Below, one piece after another: positions 24,783 to 37,109 of a stretch of DNA of 64,000 bases. The stretch is from Blasia pusilla (taxonomy: Eukaryota): contig CM114271.1 in the NCBI GenBank assembly GCA_050084515.1, positions 34,286,001-34,350,000 on the forward strand, in the 5' to 3' direction. The notes beneath the pieces are model-generated. The model worked only from the letters and a program-made list of their open reading frames with translations. It was not told the DNA's origin and made no database searches. The position numbers and the translations under genes were made by a program. The first letter of the stretch is position 1; every line of letters begins with the position of its first letter.

Positions 24783-27029
24783 TGTAGTCCTGTGCGCGCG
24801 CTGATATGGCGAGTCTGCAATCTTATGTCCCTCCCAACTGAGAGGTGTCTAGTCTCCGTATTTACACACTACGTGCCTTCCTCGCGATCGTGTGGATTGC
24901 TCAATGAACGAAAACTCGTCAGAGCTAGACACGATTTCTCCTCCGAAGAGCGGCAAAGAAGGTATGCGCATGCGCACCCGCAGCAAAGTATATCTCGAAG
25001 TCTACTGCGAAAGCTTTTCTCCACATGGCAAAAGCCGCACACTAGAGTTTCGACTGTGCTGCATATCGCAAAATCTACACCGGAGTGCAAAACGTAACAA
25101 ACTCATAGAATCATAGCCGATCGCAAATAGTTTGAAAGATTCTTCGACGCACCAAGAGCGTCATTCTAAGAGTAATCTTCCGGTAGTGGTGCTATGATGG
25201 AGGGGCACCCCCATCGCGCTCATACCCACCAACTGTCAAATCCTCATTCGGCCTTCAATCTCTCAATCCCCCTCTCTCGAGTGTACTCTCTTCCTGTCTC
25301 TTAACTTGACTCCTTCCTTCAAGACTTTGATTATTAGTCGTTTAAAAATACATGCGTTTGATTAGTTTGGTGAGGAGTCCTCAAAGCACAGCTGTCAACA
25401 GGATAGATAAGCTGCTCGTGTTAGAAATGATGGGTCATTATCCAAAATCGGAGAACTATAAATATGAGAAATCGAAGCTTTACATACATGGGGAGGGCCT
25501 AAGTAAGGTGTCTCATGATTAATGTGATTAAATATTTGTATTATTTCTAGTCCCGGGTGAAAATCATCCCGGGAATCATGGCAGCTGGGATCATTAATTA
25601 ACAGTTCATTTAATTATGTGTTATATATCATGTCAATTTAATGGACACATGTCAACATCTCAAATCCCATCTTCTTTTGATTTTGATTATAAATGGAGGA
25701 TGGGTTTAGAGAATCCTCCTCTTAGAGAACCCTATGTACACCTACAGGACACATGTCAACAGGACACATGGAAGGTAGAAGTAAATTTTATTTTTTAATT
25801 TCAAGACATCAATGTGAGGGCTTTATTACCTTTTCTTGTCATGGTAAAAAAAGTCCTCCAATAGCTATCAGGCTACTCAAGACAACTAGGTCGAGAAGAT
25901 TACAGTCGATCAGACATGCCCTCCCCTCCGTTTGTTTCATATTTCCTTCGCAGGGCGTGTGGCTCGCGCACGGGTATCTTCCTAGTCCAAAGTTGCACGA
26001 ATAACTTTAGGACTACTCACCTAAGGTTTGATCTAGGGTTACGGAAATATGTAGTATCTGTTACAAACAAAACCCTTTTCCTCGACTGGACTTTTAATGA
26101 ATTCTTTTGTACAGTCGTGTTAGACAAGCTAAAACAAATGAAAGTTTCTAGAAGAAACTTTCATTTTCATTTCTCGACGATGGAAGAAGCAGAGATTATT
26201 TACTGGTTTTCTGTACTATTAGTGTGACTAGTAGAGAGCTTCTAGAAATCCTACTTAACTACTACCATTCAACTCACTTCAAGTAGTCCTGAAGTGTCTA
26301 GGATGCCCTCAACGTGCACATTTCTCGTCATGGCTAAGCGGTTTGGTGACTTCTGTGATGGGTGCAAAACTTTTGCTGCCAACCATATCCCACGCAACTG
26401 AAGAGAGTGCAACGATCTACCAAATCTACAGATACCGTCCACGATCCTATTGATTAACAGTGCACTATTTAGGGATCCAGGAGAGAGATCAACTGCTCCT
26501 TGGGAAAATCTACATCCAAATTCGTGCTCAGGACAATTCAACACAGTTCCAGGAAGTTACGTAATAAGGTCTTACAGGAGTTACCCGAAAATGCAGCAAT
26601 CAGAGGAGTAGCTGTGCGGTGGGCTACTGAAGCCCGCGATACTCGATCGGATATGCCGCAGCGACAACAAAGCTGGAGAAGTGGAGAGGAGGAGACGCGC
26701 GGTACAATACAACACACCCCTGAGAGGAGCGTGATTAACAAATATGAATAGATGCACAACATTTGGCAAAAGGAGAGTGGATATATTGTCTGTCAGAGGT
26801 TTGATGATGATGCACATCATTCCACGGCACCCCTCACGAAAGCTTTATTGAGGATCTAATGTCCCCATTTGAACAATTACAAGTGGCAAAATTGGCTACT
26901 CAACATAAATTGGATCTGCTCACAAATTTCCAAGGTACAGTGGCCAGTTGTGGCCAGACAACATACAGAACACTACATACCAGAATACAGCTTTCAGATG
27001 AAACCTTTAAAAGATTAACCAAACAGCAC

Positions 27030-30000
27030 TTATTCCTTGAAGTCATCCTTATCACCATCGGGGATAGGTTGGTTTCTCCAAAAGACAGCTAACGCACTTC
27101 CACCGAGCTGTACAAACATCCAACATCCAAGATTTGTATTCAGTTCGCTGCTGCACGTTAGCGAGCTGGCTAGAATCAAGTGTTACTTTGACAAAAGGCT
27201 GTCAAAAATCTTTCTGTGGAGATCCTGATCTTTACCCAAGCATGGACGATTAATTATGCACCAATTTGCTTTTTTCAGTTTAGAGTTACTCACCGCCATA
27301 CAGACAACACTGACAGCAGACGGCACCGCCACCAGCGGATTGCTAAAGTGCTTTTGTGCCAACAAAAAACCTAGAGCTGAACTCTGCAAAATTTTCAACC
27401 ACCAAAACAAATTCAGACATAGTTTTTGGTGAGCCTAAAGGACCCGAAAAAAGGAGAAACAGACAAGATCCTCTCTCAATACATTGTTAAAGACAGTATC
27501 ACTGCTTGGATGGCTATTTAGAGAGGTCAAATCAACCAGATAGCTTCTGCTTTATACTTGACCTTACACTTAAATTCCAGAATCCTACTACAGAAGGCAA
27601 TATGAAGTTCACTTGCCTGCATGCCACACTCGATTGCAATTGTCCGACATGTAGTCTCTCCAAAATTACAGAATTTGGAGAGGAAGTAACCCAGGGCAAA
27701 AGCAGCAGCATGTAATATTGCTACTGGCAAGATCAACTGACCCCCTTGAGCTACTAGTACCTCCGAAACTTGTCCAATCTGTGATAAATTCCTCCACAAT
27801 TACTTAAAACGATTGATGACACAAATACATACACATAACACAAATAAAGGCGATTCAAAGGCACATTAGAGGGGATAAAGCTTGAGCAGTTAAGAGATTG
27901 ATGATAACTTACAGGGCTAGCACAAAGTAGGGTTGTCAAAACAACACCCACTAAGGGAGTGATGACAATGATCTTCTCAGTGAACTTAGGGAAGTACTCG
28001 TGTGCCAGTACTGCATTCAACCCAAGAGTCTTAAGAGACTGGCCATAGTTCATCCTCACCACTAAAACAAGCAAATGCACACAACAAAGCAAGGCATGCA
28101 TACACATCAATTCCTTACTAGCACATCCAAGAACCATCCTGCACAGCACAAGAAAGAAGACTCTTTGTGAAAGGGAAAAGTGATACAGACCTCCAATGAT
28201 GGTGGGCAGGAGAACCACCTGGAATGTACTCAACGCCAAACCCTGCAATTTCAACCATGGACAACAGCAGTCACCACCTGCCTATGATGTATGAGATATG
28301 TCCTTCAGTGATGTAGATATACACTTAGGTAGCATGGCTAGACCGTCTGCATATCACACATGGGACCTTCAACGAGGATTGATGCATGGACAGCTCACAA
28401 GGGAAACTCACCACAGCATCAACAGGCACCAACTGCCCAGCCAAAAGCTTGGTCAGGAGCGGGGTCATTACAATTGCACCAATGGTAGAGGCACTGTGAA
28501 ACAGGGAGATACAAACAACTCCACATTAGCTACATCAGCATCAAGGAAAAGCGCTCACAATGAAAAATGAAGTCATAATGAATGAGCGTATGAGGGCCCT
28601 CTGTTAAGACCTTCCCACAACCATCATACAAACTTTGTTCACAGAGTCTTTCAGAATGGAAGACTCCCACACCATCTGCACGGCCAGCACTTAAAGAGAT
28701 ACTTACGTGGTCATGAGGACTGACAGAGCAACATTTCCTTTCGAAATATAGGTCGCCACATTTGAGGCTTGGCCTCCTGGGCAACACGAAACCAGGATAA
28801 GACCTGTGGCTAGTGGAGCTGATAATTTCAAACCCTGCAAAAACAACGAATTTCAAGTTCAATGAGAGACATCCGACAACAAAGGCAGCCTGCTCACTCT
28901 AACATACCTTACTGTCCTGTGAATCGAAGGTTCTGGTGCAGCAAATAAATTTACTCATAGGTCACGAAAACAATGACGGGACTAACTAAGTTAAACCCAC
29001 TCCAAAATGAGTGGCACTAGAACAACTAACTCACAACTGCGGTACACTCTGCAATAGAAAGCAAGTGATAAAAAAACTCACCAGTGCAATGAGGAAACCC
29101 AGTACAGGTTTCACCATATACTGAGCAAGGAATCCAACACCAACCTGCATTCAGAAGACCACACAAAGGTCACAAACTTAAAGGATGTTGCCAACAAGCA
29201 CTCTTCTTTTGAGCAATTAAGAGAAATCCATCAAGCCAACAAAACCATCAGGACATATATGACAGAAGAGCCTCAATTACTTATCAATTTAAAATGTACG
29301 CACGATCATTGCATGGTATTAGCACACTTTCAAGATCTTACCGTCCATGGATTTCTCAGACACCTTCTAAAATCATCAAAGGTCAGTGTTAGTCCCATAG
29401 AGAGCATGAGAAAACCCAGGGCAACTGTGAACAAATCAGTCTGCAACCAAGTCACCTGCACACCAAATCCAAGACTTTCAAGTGAACACACTGATACAAT
29501 GCAGATTGCACTTGATTTGCTACTAGAGTGAACTTCGACTTGACTAGATGGTTCAGCAAAGCCTTCTACAGTGCAATTTGAATTGCAATCAAAACTAAGA
29601 GTAAAGATTGCAAAATCGTGGATCTTACAGCAGATGGCTTGTATATGCCAATAAGTGTTCCAAGAATGACCTGCAATCGTTACAGCCCCCACAGATACCA
29701 GAGTCAGTCCAACTCAGTGACATCTCCTGACTTGCTTGGTCAAAGACTTGATTCTTGGAGAAAATGAAGTGGTTGTTATGAATACGTAGGACACTTGGCA
29801 GCTTCTCCGACTATAATTTGGACAGAGGATGATTAGACACTCACCCAAACAGGGAACATCGTAGTCAGCAGTTCCACAAATTTTTCAAATCCACTAAGCT
29901 GTTTCCCTTCACCTCCAGTAGGGACGTCTCCTGCCACGCTAGCTTCAGCCCTACAGACAATTTTCCCCCTGCACACAAACATCACCATTAAAAAACACCT

Positions 30001-30686
30001 CACAGCGTGGGAGATCCGCAGAAACCAGCTCTTACGTCTAAAGCTGTCAAATCCAACTGGGCAGAATGATTAGTTTCCTTTCACCAATCGATACTTGAAT
30101 AACAGCACACTTGAAGGTCATCAAGTGAATTGCTGGTGTCCGGGATACATCGCACGAACTTGAGAGCGATCACCTACAATAAGTGCAAGTGCAGCTGCTG
30201 GCGTCTTCTGGAACTCCGACGAATCCCAGCAGATTTCAATTTTCCAAACTCATGACAAGATCATTCAGAAGCTTTTGCTTAGTAGAGCGAAAGTACCTTG
30301 GAGAGATCGGCAACAACGGAGAAAAATTGAACTGTTTGGCATTGTTACCACCGAGAGCAGAGCATACATTGAGCCCTTGGTTCTTCGGGATACTCCTTCT
30401 GCACAAACCTGTTTACAGAAATGGTGAACCACGAAGATCAGAACACAGATCTCTCCTGAGCTGATTTTTTGCAGTGGGATTTTTTCCAGAACGCAGAACG
30501 AGGGAATACCGACGCCGACGTGCGCGAATCGAGACACGAGAGCAACTAGTTGCAGACAGTTTGATTGGATAAAGCGGAAAGGTATGGTTCTGTGAAGCCT
30601 TTCCCACACATTGAGCTGGGAAAATCTGGCGGAAATTCAGGGCCTCTGATCCTCAGTGTAGCAGCTGGAAATTTGAACGAGGCCAT
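27030..30686 (-). CDS. BASS2: Plastid sodium/pyruvate cotransporter (bile acid:sodium symporter family); 5' end unresolved
   Basis: Exons: 30510-~30686(?), 30297-30398, 29845-29968, 29629-29670, 29342-29455, 29082-29144, 28707-28834, 28412-28493, 28191-28242, 27913-28010, 27617-27778, 27294-27383, 27030-27107. Peptides [46 protein letters not shown] and the C-terminal DKDDFKE* match BASS2. Confidence 0.92.
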
Positions 30687-32047
30687 CACTCATGGAAACA
30701 AGAGAATCTGCAAGTAAGACTCTGTCCAGTATCACCACGGGTAGCTACACTCCCGTACCGGATGATGAACTTCACGAATCACTGAAAGAGAAGCACCGGC
30801 GGACGATGAACTGCAGACAAATAACTGCTGTAACACTGCGGGACGAACTCGCGGCGGTAATAGTTTTGCATGTCAAAAAATCGTACACTACAACTCAGCT
30901 CACAAGCAGCTCCACTTCGACGGAACTCTAAGCTCGGCGAATTACGACAAAAACGCCGGCACCAATACAGCAATAGTACGATCAAATTAAGCGACTGGCC
31001 ATGCGTCATCTTGTTCCACTCACAGGGCCGCCTTCACCACCCTCAACCTCATAACTCAAGACACCCGCCCCAATGTGTGGGTTTCTCCCCTACCCTGGAC
31101 ACTGCCACTGATATGCTCGCGCAACGACTAATCCGGCAGCAATACGCACACAGAAGTCGACGGGTTTGAGCGCAGTGATACGGAAGCCCGAAAAAGGAAA
31201 AGCAGTAAATCAATTCCCATTTTTTTTGAGCAAGAGAATGGACCACCGAGCTAAGTACAGTGGGAAGCACCAGCAGGTAGAAGGGTCGCATGTCCCAATG
31301 CATAGGAGCGCCTGGAAGCCCCCAACGCACGCTGCTGTGGCAAGCCCACGAGACTGGGGGCGCCAACCCAGGCTGATATGGTGGTAGCCATGGTCCTCTC
31401 TTCTCTCTCCTTCCGTCACAACGTCGTGATGCTCCCTCCCCACTCGCGCGCGCAGAAGGCAACTCCCTGAACTCCTCCCCGCCACAAACACTCACACCGC
31501 TCGCTTACCACCGCAAGCAGCCCCCGCCCGTCGTCACCCGCACAGGACCCGAATTTCCAGCGTCCGCACAACGCACTGCCACGCGAGGACGACGAGAATT
31601 CTCAGCGTAAGGATCGACGCACAGCTGAGCCAGCCACCCAGCCAGCGCGCGAGCAAGCGAGGCAGCGAGCGGCCGATTCGGCGATCGAATGCGCAGCCCC
31701 GACCAATACTGCTGCTTCCCCGCTACTCCTCTACTTCGATCGCGCAGAGACGTCGAGGAAGGAAGGACGTGAGGCAGGAACCTGTACAGTCCTGTGGGAG
31801 CGCGCATCGGCAAAATGTTCCTCGGAGCTGCGGGATCTCGGTAAGAGCGGCCGCAGCCGGAGAAGGACGCCGATATGCCCAACCAACAACCGGAAGGCAA
31901 CAAACGACGTCGTCGGCAGAACGGCGAGCTCTACACAACCGACGAGACGCTACTGCGACTACAGTAGCAGTAGTACAGGAGGACTACAGTACAGAAATGG
32001 GCTCCCCCATGGCGTATGATGCGTGGCAGATGTCCTCATACATCTGC

Positions 32048-32064
32048 CATGCATGCATGCATGC
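32048..32064. promoter_or_regulatory. RY repeat (CATG)4C upstream of BASS2
   Basis: CATGCATGCATGCATGC contains overlapping CATGCA RY cores. Function is not demonstrated. Confidence 0.35.
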
Positions 32065-35000
32065 GCCCCACCCTCTCTCAGTTCTCATTCGCGAGCACCC
32101 CCTCCATCCATCCATCCATGCCTCCATCAGAACCCTATGCCCGCTGGACGGCTACCTCACGAGGTCCCGTCTCCTCCCGGCGAACGGTGATCACAGACCG
32201 TGGATGCTGATCTCATGGTCTGTATGCTACTATGGCTTGGGTTACGGGTACAGTCCGTCCTCCGCCGCTCCATACGTCCTTTATGGGGGGGAATCAATTG
32301 AGGCAACAAAAGTTCATCCTACGCAGGCAGGAAAGGAAAAAGTGGACCATACACGCACAATCTCGACTACAGTACCGGACTACCATATTCCATTGTTTCT
32401 TTATGTTGGCGGAAATTTTTGGGGAAGAACTTTCTTTATCTGTGCTACTGTAGCCTGCTACTATGAGGGCTACTGGATGCCCTAGTAACCCTAGATCGGA
32501 CTCCCCGAGGTTGGGTTACGGTGAACGGCAGTAACCCAAACGGTCGCCGACGAAGGTAATCTCGGGTGAAGAGTAATAATTACCGTGGGGTACTTGTAAT
32601 GTCGAAGCCTATCAAGTTTGGTTTAATTTGTAAAATTAGAATAAGACCAGTTTTAAGGTTATTGCGGGAGGAAGCAATGATTAAGCACGGAACATAGGGA
32701 GGGGCTCCAGAGATAACAAAGGGAAAGATTAGGCTCACATGGACAAGTCCTTCCATAAGACTAAGACATGGACATGTCTTCATACACAAACTTTGTCCAT
32801 CTGAAACCCTTAGTAACAAGTCTTACTTACAAGAGGAAAAATAACTCCTTTCCATTTGAGTTGAAGCTTTACATAATTACATGATATCAATGAGTATCCT
32901 TTCCAAATTCACATATTTTTTAAATATTAAAAATTTTTGATAGTGGTTTCATCAATACGTCAAACAAATATGTATGTATAAGTTGTTAAAAATGCAATCC
33001 ATTTTGAGGTTAAAAATTTTAAAACCTTTTATTGTGTGGAATTAATATGAATGTCGAAGGAAAAAATAAAGATCATATGCAAATCTGCACCTATGAGGCA
33101 TATACGAAATAGTGAGGGAATTGGGACGAGAATCTATGGAGGGAGGCAAGTGCTTTTTTTCTCATTTTTGTATGAAATAAAAATTTCTAATTTTCCAAGG
33201 GATGTCGAAAGTTTTTTCATTTTTATATAAAGAAACCCCTACTTTCTTCTTATTTATTAAAAAAATGTATGCACTATCTTTTGTAAAGAAAACCATTTTC
33301 CAATTTTCACAAGGAGACCCCTAATGCTCAACGTTTTAAAATTGCATTTGGAAATTTTTAATTTCAACATGACAACACTACATTGAATCTCATATATTAA
33401 CGTCCACATCAAGAAACATGAAAATTTTGAATCATAAAATTCCAGTAAGACATAAGAAAGGAAGAATCCTCAAATGAACACTTCCATCTATTTTTAAAAG
33501 GTAAAAATATAGAAAATATTCTTTCTAAATATTTATTACCCAATTTATGTGATTAAATGGAGGTGATTTTAAAAAATATGATCAATGAAAAATAAAATGG
33601 TTTAGGGAACTTCAACCACAAATTTGGAAGATTACGTATTTTATCATTCCATTTGGAGGCTTCTTTTCTTTTAGAATACTATTTTCATAATATGCAATAT
33701 TCCCTCTTTCAATTTTAATGTATATGAAATTACTTAATGTTCCATTCTTATATAACCATGCGTAGCTTAAGGATTCGCATTATTTCATTTCTATAAGAGG
33801 TAACAAACTTATACAAGAGGTAAACTTAAGAGTATGACACCTTACATTTCCCTTTTCAAAAGTTTCAATTGGATTCCCCAAGAAAGATGACAAAACATTT
33901 TGGGTAAAAGGTGTACCTAAAAAAACAACATTGAGCTAGAAAATTCCTACTAAAATTGAAAGAGGCTTTATTAGAAATGTTATGAGAGTTTAGAAATAGT
34001 ATGCATTAGTATAAAGAAAATCATTATTTTTCTTGCCCATTCACCTTTATATCTCTTGCTCATAAAAACCATTATATAAATAAGTCAATAATAAGAAAAC
34101 AAGTTACATGCTTGTCAAATCTCCCAGTAGCTACATTAGAGAGTGTCAAAGACCTCCCATATGGGATTTATCCAAGTAAGAGAAAAATCTTTACGTACGA
34201 AGATTACGATGGCTACATAAGGGAGCAACAAGAGATTTGGGACTAACTCTCAAAATTAAAAACAATCACTTATTTGACAAGGCAAGATTCCACTCGCGAA
34301 GAAAATCATTTCAAGATTGTTGGGAAAGGATGATGGTCCATCCATATGCTCATTTCATATGTGGAAATCGTCTGCATGATCTCGAGAATGTTGAAGACTC
34401 TCTGATTGGAGGATCTTCGACACCCCCTCTTATTCCTTTTGGAAGAAAATAGTTCTTGATATTTTTTATGATTTAGGGATGAAACATCAAGAGTTATTGG
34501 CATTATTCTGAAGCATCAAATACAAATGATACTTTCAAACAAGTAAGTAAGAAGAGTATATTATACTAAAATATATTTGAAGCAAGAAAAATGAAACCAA
34601 CCTGAAATTATCGAGTTATTACAACAACTAGCAACATTTCATAATCTTCCAAAAATGGGATATAATCTCTCTTACAATCAAATGTGTAGCGTCTACAAAC
34701 TCTCAATGAGAAAAAAAAACAAGAAGGAAAATTTGTCTAGAGAGGGTTATGTCATTTGGGTTATCTACTTTCATCAACAAAACAAGGACTTCTGGATTTC
34801 ACTATATTATTGATGATAAATCAGTTTTTAAAATATTTTCAAACCATTAAATCATAATGATGCACTTTGGGTTAAAACATTTTGAGAAATTTTATAGTAA
34901 ATTGCTTAAGTGGCTCTTTGTGGAACTAACAATGATTTAGAGGTCCCTTAAGAACTATCATTACTTAAGAGGCCTCTTGACTTGCGTCCATAACAGTGGA

Positions 35001-36779
35001 GGAGCTCATTCGCAGTAGACTTGCAAAACTTACACTCGGAGCTATTTTAGCGCTCAATACGGTTTGGGCCGGCGGTGACGGAACATTTAAGTTTCTCATA
35101 ATCCATTCAATCCTCCATGGAAATCCTAAGTGATATGATCAAGAGCCTTGTTAAGTATTCATATTTCCCAAAGAAATTTCTAAGTCTAATAATTCCTTAG
35201 GAGGTCTTCTCCTAAATGATTTCCTCCAAAAAGTCTCTCATGGTCCATCTATCTTCATCCACAAAGCTAGGACTTGTGTGAAGAAACTATTATATATTAT
35301 TTATAAATGAATGAGGAAACCTCTTTTGGACCGGTTCCAAAAACAATGAAAATATTAAGCTTTTCGTAAAGACGTGACAAGAAAAAGTGGTCCTGCAATT
35401 TATCTCCATCCACAAACAAATACGGTGATAATAAAAATACATTTTTACACTTGAAAAATCCTGCATACATCAACACATAATTAAATAATTTTAATTAACA
35501 AACGGACAGAGAGACCTGCAACAGTGCAGCGACTACTGTACTCAGTACTTAGAACCTCCTCTTTATTGGAAGATGAGGATTTTGGAAAGATAACGTTTTG
35601 ACTTCGTCAACCCTAAAGAAGGAGTGGGCCCCATCGACGGATTCTAACCCGTATATGACATGGAATATGTGCAATACTAGCTCGGAATGAATTTCGTCGT
35701 ATACGCTCTTTTTTAGGGCTTTTCCTAATTCCAAGATCCTTTTGTTTTTTTTCATTTCCACTTTTGTAGGAAAGTTAAAAATCAAATTAAATTCGACTGA
35801 TGAGGATTTTATTTTATGTGTGTTTCTTTGAAAAATAACCAGAAAGTGAATATTCTAAACTAAAGGAATATTTTATGATAGTCGGTCTTCAAGTTTAGTT
35901 ACCATTTTTCTTGAGATGATGTTAAGAGTAAGTTATTTACCAATCGCCCAAGAAATGATCAAAATGATTGTTTACAGACTTCTCATTTATCGGACGAAAA
36001 TAACTCATCGAGGAATTTTTCTTTTCTCTTTACTTAATAACTAAAGCTCCAAAGGAGTGGTAAGTGGCTTTCTCCCGTGTATATATATCCCCAATTTTCA
36101 TTTCAAGTTATTTGTTGGAAGAACAAAATTCATGTATGGCCTTCCAATTTCCGAGTTTTCATTTAAGAAAATAGAAGCGGAAGAAGAAATAATTTGATCT
36201 CTATTATTAAAAAAATACCATTATTTGACTTGACCTACTTGTCTTCAGTCGCGCCTCAGAGTACTCGTGGGTCATGAATGCCGTCAGTCTCCCACATAAA
36301 CATGGATGCACATGGCTTCCCCCTTACCATCATGGCATACTCTGTCATGCTGTGATGGGCACATGCATCATGGACAAGGACTCATGGAGCCATCCCTCGC
36401 AAGCCACATCGTCGGGCCCACCGGGAGGAACCGGCGGCGACGAACGTATTAGCGGGTAAGCGTACCTCTAAACCAGGGGTCAAAGTGGAGGTGGCCGCTG
36501 GTTTGCCATCCTGTTTGAAATCCGGACAGCCACCTCATAAGTTAAGGCCCGGACCCGTTCCAGCCCTAAACTTACAGGTGGGACCGAGTCCGGCCCTAAA
36601 CTTTGAGTATAGTATTGTAAAATAAATCTTCTTTCTCCTCTATTTGAGGATGGAATGACTTTCATTTCATTGGTCCTTTGCACATGTTTTAATGGGGTTT
36701 TAATGGTTTGGGTTGGAGGTTCCCCTATTTTGGGTTAGTAACGAGAGATAAAACCATTAAAAAGTCAAACTCATTATTC

Positions 36780-37035
36780 TCTTTTGTGGTGAATAGTTAA
36801 GTTTTAGATGGACATGCTAGCAAAGATTTGGGAAACGAGTAAAAGGAGGATCAACCTTAGTGGAGTTGCTAAGATGGAACCAAGACTAGGGAGGCATGAG
36901 GTCATGAGATGAATATTAACACGGAAAGAAAGGAGGAGAAATTTTACAAAGGAAGTTAAGAATTGTGAGAAACCTTGAGACCAACCTTTGATACCAAGGG
37001 CTGGAAAAATAAATTGTGGGCTAAGCTTAGTCAAG
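36780..37035 (-). mobile_element. Short decayed retroelement fragment, possibly non-LTR RT C-terminus
   Basis: Peptide fragments ALGIKG...SFVKFLL...CLPSLGS loosely resemble the post-RT region. The strand composition is similar to 17420-18000. Confidence 0.25.
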
Positions 37036-37046
37036 ATGGGTGCATT

Positions 37047-37109
37047 CCTTGAGATAAGTCTTAGGAGGAATATGTGTCTATAAATTTCCTCCTAAGACTT
37101 GTCTCAAGG
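37047..37109. repeat. Inverted repeat with 24-bp arms (1 mismatch) and a 15-nt loop
   Basis: CCTTGAGATAAGTCTTAGGAGGAA ... TTCCTCCTAAGACTTGTCTCAAGG. Confidence 0.9.

Noticed and set aside
31505..32485. Long ORFs (238 aa on +, 132 aa on -) upstream of BASS2
   Set aside because: They have non-ATG starts, lie in GC-rich leader or promoter sequence, and encode no recognisable protein.
36440..36610. Telomerase RNA candidate because of CCCTAAAC motifs
   Set aside because: There is no extended template such as CTAAACCCT and no properly spaced USE-TATA on that strand.
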